NCBI GenBank assembly: GCA_033762915.1
Contig: JANRLD010000010.1
Coordinates: forward strand, 18,801-82,800
Source of the DNA: Meiothermus sp.
Lineage (GTDB): Bacteria > Deinococcota > Deinococci > Deinococcales > Thermaceae
Direction: 5' to 3'
Length of the DNA: 64,000 nt
The translations under genes and the position numbers were made by a program. How positions within the stretch are numbered: position 1 is the stretch's first letter; the number at the start of each line of letters is the position of its first letter. Below are positions 28,865-38,741 of this stretch, in pieces. The notes beneath the pieces are model-generated. The model saw nothing but the letters and a program-made list of their open reading frames with translations, was not told the origin of the DNA and ran no database searches.

Positions 28865-29845
28865 ATGAACAACTTCAAAGCTCTCGTTGTTGAAGCCGCC
28901 GAGCCGGGCTCGGCCAGGGTCCGCGAGGTCTCGAGCGACCAGTTGCCCGAAGGCGACGTGCTGGTGCGGGTCGCCTACAGCACCCTTAACTACAAGGACG
29001 GGCTGGCGGTCACCGGGAAGGGCAAGGTGATCCGCAAGTTCCCGATGGTGCCGGGGATCGATTTTTCGGGCACCGTGGTGGAATCGGCCTCGCCCGCCTA
29101 CCGGCCGGGCGACGCGGTGATCCTGACCGGCTGGGGCGTGGGCGAGACCCACTGGGGCGGAATGGCCGAGCTGGCCAGGGTCAAGGCCGACTGGCTGGTG
29201 CCGCTGCCCTCCGGGCTAGACCTGCGCCGGGCCATGGGGCTGGGCACCGCCGGCTTCACGGCGATGCTGTGCGTGATGGCGCTGCAAGAACACCACATCG
29301 ACAAAGGCAAAGAGGTGGTGGTGACCGGCGCGGCAGGCGGCGTGGGCAGCGTGGCGGTGGCGGTGCTGGCGAAGCTGGGCTACCGGGTGACCGCCTCTAC
29401 CGGCCGTCCGGCCGAGGCCGACTACCTGAGGTCGCTGGGGGCCACCGAGATTTTGGACCGCGCGGTGCTGTCGGCCCCGGGCCGGCCGCTGGAGTCCGAG
29501 CGCTTTGGCGGCGCGGTGGACACCGTGGGCGGCGCGACCCTGGCGGGCATCCTCTCGAGGATGGCCTCGGGCGGCAGCGTGGCCTCGACCGGCGTGGCGG
29601 GCGGGGCCGATCTCCAGACCACCGTCTTCCCCTTCATCCTGCGCGGGGTGAACCTGCTGGGCGTCAACTCGGTCACGGTGCCCCTCGAGCGCCGCAAGCT
29701 GGCCTGGGAGCGGCTGGCCGCCGAGATGCCCTCGGAGCTGCTCGAGGCCGCCATGCAGACCATTCGTCTCGAGGGAGTCCCCGAGTACGCCGAGCGTATC
29801 CTGGCGGGCCAGGTGCGGGGGCGGGTGGTGGTGGAGATCGGGTAA
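28865..29845 (+). CDS. MDR oxidoreductase, YhdH/AcuI (acrylyl-CoA reductase) family
   Basis: YSTLNYKDGL, PGIDFSG, GTAGFTAM, PFILRGV. Confidence 0.9.
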   Translation: MNNFKALVVEAAEPGSARVREVSSDQLPEGDVLVRVAYSTLNYKDGLAVTGKGKVIRKFPMVPGIDFSGTVVESASPAYRPGDAVILTGWGVGETHWGGMAELARVKADWLVPLPSGLDLRRAMGLGTAGFTAMLCVMALQEHHIDKGKEVVVTGAAGGVGSVAVAVLAKLGYRVTASTGRPAEADYLRSLGATEILDRAVLSAPGRPLESERFGGAVDTVGGATLAGILSRMASGGSVASTGVAGGADLQTTVFPFILRGVNLLGVNSVTVPLERRKLAWERLAAEMPSELLEAAMQTIRLEGVPEYAERILAGQVRGRVVVEIG

Positions 29846-29862
29846 GGTCGAAGATCCTATGC

Positions 29863-29898
29863 CAGAGGCGACCCCCACAACTTCGGGGGTCGCCTCTG
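29863..29898. terminator. Hairpin between convergent genes
   Basis: CAGAGGCGACCCCC / GGGGGTCGCCTCTG perfect 14-bp stem. Confidence 0.75.
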
Positions 29899-29934
29899 TA
29901 GTTGCTGGGGCCTTTGGCTACCGGCTAGCCGCCA

Positions 29935-30390
29935 TCAAGGCCACTTCACCCACGACTTGGGCGTCTCGAGGCCGGCCATCCGCATCATGGTGAAGACCTG
30001 GCCCTTGTGATGGGCCTCGTGCTCGATCATGTAGTCGATCAGGCTCCCGACCTGGACGGTGCGCCCGCCCATGGCGGTCACGCTGGCACCGATCTGCTCG
30101 GGGGTCAGGGCCTTGAGCATCTCCACGGTGGCGGCGGTGCCGGCCTTGAGGTTTTCGAGGGCGGCGTGGTAGCTGGCCGAGGGCTCGGGGCGCACCCGCT
30201 CGCCGCCCTTGATCAAGGTGGCGAAGAAGCCGCCCGCGCCGCTCATGTGGTCGGCCATCTTGGCGAAGTCCATCGCGCCCTCCCAGGGGACAAAGCCGGC
30301 CTTGTCGGCGGGGACCGACTCGAGCAAATCAACTAGGGCTCCACGGTGCATCATGAAGCGGACGGCGTACTCGGCTCCGGTGCTGGGCAT
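29935..30390 (-). CDS. DinB family protein
   Basis: ADHM...EHEAHHKGQ His triad. Confidence 0.88.
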   Translation of the reverse strand: MPSTGAEYAVRFMMHRGALVDLLESVPADKAGFVPWEGAMDFAKMADHMSGAGGFFATLIKGGERVRPEPSASYHAALENLKAGTAATVEMLKALTPEQIGASVTAMGGRTVQVGSLIDYMIEHEAHHKGQVFTMMRMAGLETPKSWVKWP

Positions 30391-30445
30391 AGTTTGTTTC
30401 TCCTTTACCCGCCCATCATACCGGTGCGGTTGCTAAACTGTCAGC

Positions 30446-31348
30446 GTGAGTTTCCGACCCGCCAGGCCCGAAGACCACTCGAGAATCCTGGAAATTCACA
30501 ACGCCTCCTGGCCCGAGCACTTCCGCGACCTCGAGCGGCTACTGCGCTACGACCAGATTTTCCCGACCCTGCGCTTTGTCGGGGAGCGGGCAGGCTCGGT
30601 CGTTGCCCACGCCAGCATCCGTGACCACGGCAATCGGTACGAACTCGAGATCGCCGTTGTGCCCGAGCATCGCGGTCAGGGAATCGGAAGCGGGTTCTGC
30701 TCATTTCTGCTCGATCAACTCCCCGCCCTGCCGCCCAAGCCGCTGCAAGCCTTCACCAAGGAGACGCACCTGCCCTTCGCCGAGCGGCGCGGCTGGCGCG
30801 AGGCCATGCGGAGCTATCACCAGTATCTCGAGCTGCCCCGCTTCGACCCCGCGCCGTTTGCGGGTTTGCTGAAAGGCCTCGAGGCGCAAGGCTACAGTTT
30901 CCGCGCCTTCGATCAACTGACCGAGCCCGACCGCGAGGCCCGGCTGCATGCGCTGGTGAACGCCACCGAGGTGGATATTCCGGCCACCACGCGGGTAGAG
31001 CCGGTTGACCTCGAGGGCTTCCGCCTCAAATACACCCACGGCCCCAACTTCCTGCCCGAGGGCAGTTTCGTGGCGGTGCATGACGGTCTGTACGCGGGTT
31101 TAACCTTCACGCGGCGGCGCAGCCCGACCAGCGTGCACACGGGCATGACGGGCGTGTTGTCCGCGCACCGTGGGCGGGGCCTGGCGATGGCGCTTAAGGC
31201 TCGGGTGGCTGCCTACGCCAAGGCGGCAGGGATGCTCGAGCTGCACACCAACAACGCCGCCACCAACCTCGGCATTCTGACCGTAAACGAGCGGCTGGGC
31301 TTCGTGCGTGAACCCGCCCAGATTGAGCTGCACAAGGAGTTCGGATGA
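30446..31348 (+). CDS. Tandem GNAT acetyltransferase
   Basis: VPEHRGQGIG and TGVLSAHRGRGLA...NERLGF. Confidence 0.88.
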   Translation: MSFRPARPEDHSRILEIHNASWPEHFRDLERLLRYDQIFPTLRFVGERAGSVVAHASIRDHGNRYELEIAVVPEHRGQGIGSGFCSFLLDQLPALPPKPLQAFTKETHLPFAERRGWREAMRSYHQYLELPRFDPAPFAGLLKGLEAQGYSFRAFDQLTEPDREARLHALVNATEVDIPATTRVEPVDLEGFRLKYTHGPNFLPEGSFVAVHDGLYAGLTFTRRRSPTSVHTGMTGVLSAHRGRGLAMALKARVAAYAKAAGMLELHTNNAATNLGILTVNERLGFVREPAQIELHKEFG

Positions 31349-31569
31349 GCCTCGAGTTCAGACCTCTGCGATAGGTCAGGGCGACCGCCAATGTGGCCGT
31401 CAAGGGCACCTCTGGCCGAGGTTGAGGTGATGGGCTGCTGGGGCGGCATCGCGCAGTTCAAGCATGCGGACACTAAACGCGGCTCGAGCAGGCCGCCCGC
31501 CGCAGTTTAACCTGGTGCACCCTCGAGGCCAGCGCCACGCTTTAGGATTGGTTCCGGATTTTGGAACCT

Positions 31570-31911
31570 ATGCAGGTCCTTTTGCAGAGACTCCGCACGC
31601 TGCTGCACCGCCCGGACGCCCAGGCCGGGGCGCGGCTGGGGGGCAAGCTGCTGCTACTGCAAATCCTGATCGAAATCCCCTTCCTGATCCTCGAGGCCAG
31701 CCTGCTGGTGGGGGCCGCCTCGGGCGGGGGGCGGGGGTTGGCGCTGTGGCAGAGTGCGCTGCTGGTGGCGGCGGTCTACCTGCTCCTGGAGGCACTGTTC
31801 TTCGCCGTCCAGCGGCTGCGCGGCAACCGCCAGCACCGCTGGTTCGAGTCCGAACGGGTGATGTTGGGCTGGGTGTTGAGCCGGTTACGGCGGCGCGGGC
31901 CGCAGGGCTGA
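31570..31911 (+). CDS. Hypothetical membrane protein
   Basis: Two hydrophobic helices; host-like codon use. Confidence 0.55.
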   Translation: MQVLLQRLRTLLHRPDAQAGARLGGKLLLLQILIEIPFLILEASLLVGAASGGGRGLALWQSALLVAAVYLLLEALFFAVQRLRGNRQHRWFESERVMLGWVLSRLRRRGPQG

Positions 31912-31917
31912 AGGGAC

Positions 31918-32262
31918 CTAGCCGTGCCGTTCGCGGCTGTCCTGGGGGGCCTGGTCGCGCTCGTTCAGGCCATAGTCCCGCATCACCGCCGCCACCCGCA
32001 GGCGGTAGTTCTCGAAGATCCACTCGCGGCCCGCGCTTTGGGCGCTGCGGTGCGGCTCGAGTGCCCGCCATTGCGCCACCGCCGCCTCGTCGCGCCAGAA
32101 GGAGAGCGAGAGCAGCTTGCCCGGCTGCGAAAGACTCTCGAAGCGCTCGACAGAGATGAAGCCATCTATCTGCTCGAGCAGCGGCCTGAGCCCGGCAGCG
32201 GTCTCGAGGTAGGCGGCTTTGTGCTGGGGGTGGGGCCAGACTTCAAAGATTACGGCGACCAT
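31918..32262 (-). CDS. Antibiotic biosynthesis monooxygenase family protein
   Basis: [27 protein letters not shown]. Confidence 0.9.
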   Translation of the reverse strand: MVAVIFEVWPHPQHKAAYLETAAGLRPLLEQIDGFISVERFESLSQPGKLLSLSFWRDEAAVAQWRALEPHRSAQSAGREWIFENYRLRVAAVMRDYGLNERDQAPQDSRERHG

Positions 32263-32298
32263 AATGTTTGAACTATACCCAGTCTTGAGCTGCCCGAT

Positions 32299-32845
32299 GT
32301 TTCAACCGCCATCGAGGTTTTGTGGGGTGCGGCCCGCACGAGTTGGCGGCCCCAAAAAGTGGTGCGAGCCGTACCCTACAACTACAAGTTTCTGGTGCTG
32401 TGTGTTGCCGAGCGATGCAGTCATTTCGATGCCGGTTGAAACATCGTTGTTGGGCGGCTGGGTAGGGTCTTGTTTGTCAAAGGAGGCCAGAGTGATCACC
32501 TGTTTTATCCGCTACGAAATAGACCCCTTCCAGCGCCAAGCCTTCAAGGAGTATGCCGAAAACTGGGCGCGGATCATCCCGCAGTGCGGCGGGCATCTGC
32601 TGGGCTACTTTCTGCCCCACGAGGGCACCAACAACATCGCCTGGGGGCTGATCGCCTTTGAGTCGTTGGCGGCCTACGAGGCCTACCGGGCGCGGCTCAA
32701 GGCCGACCCCCGTGGGCGCGAGAACTTTGCGATGGCCCAAACCCAGCGCTTCATCCTGCGCGAGGAGCGGACGTTCGTCGAGGTGGTGGATTCGACCCTG
32801 AACCTTCCTCCCACCAACCCTTAACGCTTCAACACGCGTCGAAAC
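32299..32845. promoter_or_regulatory. Three related palindromic operators (32299-32318, 32423-32442, 32826-32845)
   Basis: Consensus TTTCRA-N6-TYGAAA upstream of the ABM, NIPSNAP and ArsR genes. Confidence 0.65.
32492..32824 (+). CDS. NIPSNAP family protein
   Basis: [20 protein letters not shown]...GYFLPHEG...SLAAYEAYR. Confidence 0.88.
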   Translation: MITCFIRYEIDPFQRQAFKEYAENWARIIPQCGGHLLGYFLPHEGTNNIAWGLIAFESLAAYEAYRARLKADPRGRENFAMAQTQRFILREERTFVEVVDSTLNLPPTNP

Positions 32846-32878
32846 GTCAGCGCCGAGGACAGAACTACAATCGTAGCC

Positions 32879-33568
32879 ATGAACCCCCAACCCGAGATTG
32901 GCAAGGTGGCGGCCCTGATCGGTGAGCCTGCCAGGGCTGCCATGCTGGTGGCGCTGCTGGACGGGCGGGCGCTGACGGCGGGCGAGCTGGCGGGCCTTGC
33001 GGGCGTCTCGCCGCAGACCGCCAGCAGCCACCTGGGCAAGCTGCTCGAGGGCAAGCTGCTGGCGCTCGAGGCGCAGGGTCGCCACCGCTACTACCGCCTG
33101 GCAGGCCTGGAGGTGGCGCGGGCGCTCGAGGCGCTGGGGGTTTTGAGCGAGACCACCCAGAACCCCAACCCCTTCACCCCCAAGGTGCCGCTCGAGCTGC
33201 GCTTCGCCCGCAGTTGCTACGACCACCTGGCAGGCCGGCTGGGCGTGATGATCGCCGACGGGCTTCAGGAGCGGGGCTACCTGACGGCAGAGTTCGTGCC
33301 CACCCCAGCGGGGCGCGTTTGGCTCGAGGGCATGGGGGTGAACGCGGACTCGGCCTCCACCCGTCGCGTGTTCAGCAAGCCCTGCCTGGACTGGAGCGAG
33401 CGCAGGCCCCACCTGGGCGGGGTGTTGGGTGAGAGGCTGATGGTGCGGCTGATGGAGCTGGGCTGGGTAGCCCGGACGGAGGGGCGGGCGGTGCGGCTGA
33501 CCGTAGAGGGCAGGTGCGGCCTCGAGCGCGAGCTGGGCCTGAAGCTGGGGCAGTTGGAAGTGGCGTAG
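32879..33568 (+). CDS. ArsR/SmtB family winged-helix regulator
   Basis: ALTAGELA...TASSHLGKL, GRHRYYRL, ARSCYDHLAG, CLDWSERRPHL. Confidence 0.9.
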   Translation: MNPQPEIGKVAALIGEPARAAMLVALLDGRALTAGELAGLAGVSPQTASSHLGKLLEGKLLALEAQGRHRYYRLAGLEVARALEALGVLSETTQNPNPFTPKVPLELRFARSCYDHLAGRLGVMIADGLQERGYLTAEFVPTPAGRVWLEGMGVNADSASTRRVFSKPCLDWSERRPHLGGVLGERLMVRLMELGWVARTEGRAVRLTVEGRCGLERELGLKLGQLEVA

Positions 33569-33598
33569 GTGGGCTGGGCTTCGGATAATCTAAGGTTT

Positions 33599-34699
33599 AT
33601 GGCGCTGCCCCACCTCAGACTTTTCGGCTCCCCCTACGAGCAAGGCTTGGCGCAGGGCAAAGCCTTATCGGATGCCATCGCCCACAACCTCGAGGTCTAC
33701 TTCCGTCGCTTCGAGGTGGAGTGCAAGCTGCCCGCGCCTGAAGCCCGGCGGCGCGGCGAGATCTACCTGGGGGCCATCCGGCGGCAAAACCCGGACTACG
33801 CCAGCGGCATGGAGGGGATCGCCGAAGGCTCGGGCCAGCCGCTGATCGACATCGCCACCCTTAACGTGCGCTACGAGATTGTGTATTACCAGTTCTCGCA
33901 GGACGACGCCCCGCGCTACATCGCCCACGAGGCCCCCAACGGCTGCACCGCCTTCGCCGTGCTGCCCGCCCACACGGCCGATGGGGCCCTGTGGATGGGA
34001 CAGAACTGGGACTGGATGGAGGGCGTGAAGGGCGCGGTGCAGCACACCACCGAAGCGGATGGAACCCAGGTGCTGGGCTTCACCGAGGCCGGCATCTTCG
34101 GGGCCAAGATCGGCCTCAACTCGCACTCGCTGGGGCTGTGCATCAACGGGCTGGTCTCCAAGGGCGACAACTGGGCCGGGCTGGGCAAGCCCTTCCACCT
34201 GCGCACCTACGAGGTGCTGCGGGCCAAGACCCTCGAGCAGGCTCGAGCCGTCGTGACCGAGGCCCCCCTCACCTCCTCGGGCAATTTTCTGCTGGGGCAG
34301 GGCAGCTACGCGGTCGACCTCGAGGTCTCCCCTACTGGCCTAGGGGTCTGGGAGAGCGACCGCCAGCTCGTCCACGCCAACCACTACGTTGCGCCCGAGC
34401 GCTTCGGCATCGAGATCCCGATGCTGGAGTGGCTCGACCGCTCCGACCACCGCCACGCCCGGCTGGAGGAGTTGCTGGCCGGCATGGAAAGGCCGGGCCT
34501 CGAGCAGTTCAAGGCCGCCCTCTCCGACCGCGACGGGGCCCCCTACGCGGTGTGCCGCACGCCGGGCCAGGAGGAGATCGACCTGGGCGAGCCCTACAGC
34601 ACTGTGGCCTCGATGATCCTCAGCCCCAGCAGCGGCGAGTTCTGGGTCTCGGACGGGCCGCCGCACGAGAACGCGTACGTACGCTACCAACTGGACTGA
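33599..34699 (+). CDS. C45 family peptidase (Ntn hydrolase)
   Basis: GCT autoprocessing site, GQNWDW, GLNSH, HANH. Confidence 0.88.
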   Translation: MALPHLRLFGSPYEQGLAQGKALSDAIAHNLEVYFRRFEVECKLPAPEARRRGEIYLGAIRRQNPDYASGMEGIAEGSGQPLIDIATLNVRYEIVYYQFSQDDAPRYIAHEAPNGCTAFAVLPAHTADGALWMGQNWDWMEGVKGAVQHTTEADGTQVLGFTEAGIFGAKIGLNSHSLGLCINGLVSKGDNWAGLGKPFHLRTYEVLRAKTLEQARAVVTEAPLTSSGNFLLGQGSYAVDLEVSPTGLGVWESDRQLVHANHYVAPERFGIEIPMLEWLDRSDHRHARLEELLAGMERPGLEQFKAALSDRDGAPYAVCRTPGQEEIDLGEPYSTVASMILSPSSGEFWVSDGPPHENAYVRYQLD

Positions 34700-34791
34700 G
34701 AGCGGTTCCCATCCTTACCTCCCTCGCGGCGGCAGGTAATCTACTCCTTAAAGCAAAAACCGCTGTAGAAAGTATGCGTGGGAACCGCTCT
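34698..34791. repeat. MITE-like repeat family A copy
   Basis: AGAGCGGTTCCCA...TGGGAACCGCTCT terminal inverted repeats. Confidence 0.8.
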
Positions 34792-34862
34792 GAGCGCTGC
34801 GGGCCGAAGGCCGCGACCGCCCTCTCACCGCCTCGAGGGCCCCACCACTGTATCGTTAGGCC

Positions 34863-35684
34863 ATGCGCTTTCTGGCCTTGCTGATCTTCGTGTGCTTAAC
34901 CGCCCAAGCCCAGGTTCCGGGCAACCCGCAGCAGCCCGAGCTGCTGGCCGAGCAGATCGACGGCGGGGCGCAAGTCTTCGTGAACAATCCCCTGTACGCG
35001 CCGGTCTCGGCGACCTTCACGGTCGGCGGCACCAACTTCAGCTCGAGCGCGGGCTCGAGCTTCGTGCGGGTGCTGCCACCCCGAGCCCGCACCCTGGTCC
35101 TCACGGTGAAGCCCGCCGACCCCCAGGCGGCCTGGAACTGGTCGTTCAGCTGGAGCTGGCGCATGGGCGACATCAACGCCCGGCCCGACGGCACCGTCTA
35201 TGACCTGCCCTTCGCGACCGGCGCGGCCTTCCGGGTGGATCAGGGCTACGGCGGGGTCTTTAGCCACAACACCGCCGAGGGCCGCTACGCCCTGGACTTC
35301 AACATGCCCGAGGGCACGCCGGTGCACGCGGCGCGGGAGGGCGTGGTGGTGGCCCTCGAGACCGGCTTCACGGCGGGCGGCACCGACCCCGCGCTGCGCG
35401 CCAAGGCCAACTACATTGCGGTGCTCCATGCCGACGGCACCATCGCCGAGTACGTCCACCTGAGGGCGGGCGGGAGCGCGGTGCGGGTGGGACAGCAGGT
35501 CGCCCGGGGTCAGCTCATCGGCTACTCGGGCAACACCGGCTACTCCTCGACCCCCCACCTGCACTTCCACGTCTACCGGGCGCTCTCGCCCACCGGCGGC
35601 TGGCAGACCCTGGCGGTACAGTTCCGAACCCTCGAGGGCGGCCCGTTAAGCCTGCAGGAGGGCCAGCGCTACACCCGCCCTTGA
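34863..35684 (+). CDS. M23 family metallopeptidase, secreted (paralog of 17878)
   Basis: SH...LDF, YVHL, GYSGNTGYSSTPHLHF. Confidence 0.9.
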   Translation: MRFLALLIFVCLTAQAQVPGNPQQPELLAEQIDGGAQVFVNNPLYAPVSATFTVGGTNFSSSAGSSFVRVLPPRARTLVLTVKPADPQAAWNWSFSWSWRMGDINARPDGTVYDLPFATGAAFRVDQGYGGVFSHNTAEGRYALDFNMPEGTPVHAAREGVVVALETGFTAGGTDPALRAKANYIAVLHADGTIAEYVHLRAGGSAVRVGQQVARGQLIGYSGNTGYSSTPHLHFHVYRALSPTGGWQTLAVQFRTLEGGPLSLQEGQRYTRP

Positions 35685-35714
35685 TGGGCCAACGGCCCTG
35701 CGGTACAACAGGGC

Positions 35715-37124
35715 GTGAACCTTCCCCGCTCCACCCCCGAGGCCCAGGGCATCCCCTCCGGCGCCGTCTCTGCCTTCGTCCGGGCGGCCGAGGCCGCAGG
35801 CCTCGAGCTGCACAGCTTCATGCTCCTGCGCCGCGGCCGGGTGGTGGCCGAGGCCTGGTGGCACCCCTACGCCCCGCAGCACCCCCACGTGCTCTACTCG
35901 CTCTCCAAGAGCTTCGCCGCGACCGCGGTGGGGCTGGCGGTGGCCGAGGGGCGCTTGGGTCTGGAGGACCGGGTGGTCTCCTTCTTCCCCGACGAGCTGC
36001 CCGAGGCGGTGAGCGACAACCTCGAGGCCATGACCGTGCGCCACCTGCTCACCATGGCCAGCGGCCACGCCAAAGACCCCTTCGAGGCCATGAACTGGGG
36101 TGAACAGAACTGGCCCCAGCACATCCTGGCCCAGCCGGTCGAGCACGCCCCCGGCAGCCGCTTCGTCTACAACTCCGCTGCCACCTACCTGCTCTCGACC
36201 ATCCTGCGCAGGGCCACCGGCCAGGGCCTGCTGGACTTCCTGGGCCCCCGCCTCTTCGAGCCCCTGGGCATCGCCCGCCCGACCTGGGAGGCCTGCCCCC
36301 AGGGCACCGAGATCGGCGGCTGGGGCCTGAGCCTGCCCACCGAGGCCATCGCCACTTTCGGCCAGCTCTACCTGCAGGGCGGGGTCTGGGAGGGCCAGCG
36401 GCTCCTGCCTGAGGGCTGGGTCGAGGAGGCCACCGCCCGGCAGGTCGACAACGCCAGCCCCGAGGGCAAGAACCCAGACTGGCAGCAGGGCTACGGCTAC
36501 CAGTTCTGGCGCTGCCAGCACGGGGCCTACCGGGGCGACGGGGCCTTCGGTCAGTACTGCGTGGTGATGCCGGATCAGGAGGCGGTGCTGGCCATCACCA
36601 GCTACGTCGACGACATGCAGGCTGTGCTGAACCTGGCCTGGGAACACCTGCTGAGCGCGATGGGGGGCGAGGCCCTGCCCGAGGGGGCTGACTCGAGCCT
36701 GCCCGCCCTGCTCTCTAGCCGGGCCATCGCCCTGCCGGCGGGGAGCCATCCGGGCCAGGTGTTCAGGCAGACCTACCGCCTCGAGCACAACCCTCTGGGC
36801 CTCAGCGAACTGGCCCTCGAGACCACCCCGACCGGCGGCGTCCTCGAGGTGAAGGGGGCCGACCCACCCCACCGCATCGTCTGGAGCCACGGCGACTGGG
36901 CCCTGGGCGAGACCGGGTTCCTGCGCAGCGGGCCGAGCAAGATCGCGGCCTCGGGCGTCTGGCAAAACGAGGCCGAACTGACCCTCAAGGTCTGCTACTA
37001 CGAGACCCCCTTTTGCCCCGTCTTTACCCTGGCCCTAGGGCCACAGCAACTCACCGTGCGGGCCAAGGGCCGGATGGGCTTCTGGGAGATGCCCGACCCG
37101 CTACTGGAGGGCAGGCCCCAATGA
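35715..37124 (+). CDS. Serine hydrolase, beta-lactamase family
   Basis: YSLSKS, YNS, GYGYQFW, RGDGAFGQ. Confidence 0.9.
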   Translation: MNLPRSTPEAQGIPSGAVSAFVRAAEAAGLELHSFMLLRRGRVVAEAWWHPYAPQHPHVLYSLSKSFAATAVGLAVAEGRLGLEDRVVSFFPDELPEAVSDNLEAMTVRHLLTMASGHAKDPFEAMNWGEQNWPQHILAQPVEHAPGSRFVYNSAATYLLSTILRRATGQGLLDFLGPRLFEPLGIARPTWEACPQGTEIGGWGLSLPTEAIATFGQLYLQGGVWEGQRLLPEGWVEEATARQVDNASPEGKNPDWQQGYGYQFWRCQHGAYRGDGAFGQYCVVMPDQEAVLAITSYVDDMQAVLNLAWEHLLSAMGGEALPEGADSSLPALLSSRAIALPAGSHPGQVFRQTYRLEHNPLGLSELALETTPTGGVLEVKGADPPHRIVWSHGDWALGETGFLRSGPSKIAASGVWQNEAELTLKVCYYETPFCPVFTLALGPQQLTVRAKGRMGFWEMPDPLLEGRPQ

Positions 37125-37939
37125 AGTCCAAAGACTTGCTCGAGATTTCAGACCTCACCCGGGGCGAGATCGAGCACATCTGGAGCCTCGTAGACCGCCC
37201 GATTCCCAAGCTCGAGGGCCGGGCGGCATGGTCGTTTGAGGGCAACGGGGTCCGCACCCGCACCTCGTTCATTGCCGCGTTCGGGCAGTTGGGGCTGGAA
37301 TACATCGAGTTGCCCAACCTGCTAAAGACTCAAGAGCGTGTCCGAGACCTGGCGGGCTATCTCGACCCGTTTTACCTGGTCTACGTCATCCGCGAGTCCG
37401 ACCACCAGCGACTGACCGAGTTCGCACGGGCCTCGACCCGCCCGGTCGTCAACGCCATGACCGGCCAGGGTCACCCGTGTGAAGTCTTGAGCGACGCGTA
37501 CTCGCTGCGCTCGATGTTCGGCGATCTGCACGGCGTCACCATCGGCTTATGGGGGCCCACCACCAACGTCTTTCGCTCGTGGCACCAACTGGCGGCTGTG
37601 ATGGGGCTGAATGTGCGCCACTTCTGCCCGGCGGAGTTTCACCTGGACCTCGAGTACGTCACCTTTTGCCCCGAGCCCGGCGCACCCGTAGACGTACTGA
37701 TCACCGACTCCTGGCCCGCCGACTTTGACGACTCGAGGTGGTCGCTTTCCCTCGAGGTCATGCGCACCCTAGGAAACCCGAAGCTGCTGCCCACGCCGCC
37801 GTTTTTCGTCGGCAAGGAGCTGGCCTTCGACCCGGTGCCGTCGGGCCACTTCGTGGGTTACCTTCAAAAGCAACAGCTGCTGGAGGTGCACCGGGCCGTT
37901 CTGGTTTACCTGCTCGAGGGGGCGTCCGGTGAAGATTGA
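37121..37939 (+). CDS. Divergent ornithine/aspartate carbamoyltransferase family protein
   Basis: RTRTSF, VVNAM...HPCEVLSD, NVFRSW; canonical STRT and HCLP motifs altered. Confidence 0.7.
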   Translation: MKSKDLLEISDLTRGEIEHIWSLVDRPIPKLEGRAAWSFEGNGVRTRTSFIAAFGQLGLEYIELPNLLKTQERVRDLAGYLDPFYLVYVIRESDHQRLTEFARASTRPVVNAMTGQGHPCEVLSDAYSLRSMFGDLHGVTIGLWGPTTNVFRSWHQLAAVMGLNVRHFCPAEFHLDLEYVTFCPEPGAPVDVLITDSWPADFDDSRWSLSLEVMRTLGNPKLLPTPPFFVGKELAFDPVPSGHFVGYLQKQQLLEVHRAVLVYLLEGASGED

Positions 37940-38711
37940 CCTCGAGCTGGCCCGCCGCCTCGAGCGCCTCGGCGCACTCAACGCGGCCGACTACGCCCAC
38001 GCCCTGCGCCGCCTCGAGCCCGCCTCCGGTGCCGAGGTGTTCGCGGTGGGTGAAGGCTGGGGAGTGTTGATGGGGCCGAAGCACCCGGTCAACTGGGTCC
38101 ACGCCGCCGAGTTCGGCGAGCTGAGCGAGGCGGATTTGCAGGGGGCCGAATCCCGCTTCGCCCGGCTCGGCCTGCCGCTGCGCCTCTCCTTCTGTCCGCT
38201 GGGGCTGGCAAGAAACCTCGAGCGGCTGGGCCGGCGCGGCTACCGGGCGGTGTCGTTCATGAACCTTTATGTGCAGCCCCTGGCCCCCCTAGAGGTGCGG
38301 CCGCCCGAGGGCGTGGAGATTCGCCGGGCCAGGAGCCTGGAGGAGTGGCTCCTGGCCAGCCGCAACGCCTGGGGCGAGGGCGGGGCGGGCGACCTGTTCC
38401 AGCGGGTGGCCCTCGAGCGCCCCGAGGCCCAGAGCTTTGTGGCGGTTGCCGACGGCCGGCCGGTGGCGGTGGCGGCGCTGCGGGTGCGCGAGGGCGTGGC
38501 CTTCCTCAACGGCACCGGGACCATGCCCCAGTACCGTGGGCGCGGCATCCAGCGGGCGCTGGTGCAGGCCCGGCTGGCCCTGGCCCACCGAGCGGGATGC
38601 GAGCTGGCCGTAGTGGCGGCCGTCCCCGGCGGCCAGTCGGCCCACAACCTCGAGCGCTTTGGTTTCGGGCTGGCCTATACGCGGGTGAACCTCGAGGGAC
38701 AGACGGGCTGA
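37929..38711 (+). CDS. GNAT acetyltransferase
   Basis: TMPQYRGRGIQRAL...SAHNLERFGF. Confidence 0.88.
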   Translation: MKIDLELARRLERLGALNAADYAHALRRLEPASGAEVFAVGEGWGVLMGPKHPVNWVHAAEFGELSEADLQGAESRFARLGLPLRLSFCPLGLARNLERLGRRGYRAVSFMNLYVQPLAPLEVRPPEGVEIRRARSLEEWLLASRNAWGEGGAGDLFQRVALERPEAQSFVAVADGRPVAVAALRVREGVAFLNGTGTMPQYRGRGIQRALVQARLALAHRAGCELAVVAAVPGGQSAHNLERFGFGLAYTRVNLEGQTG

Positions 38712-38741
38712 GTGCTGCCCAGTAGGGGGATTCGTCAAGCT

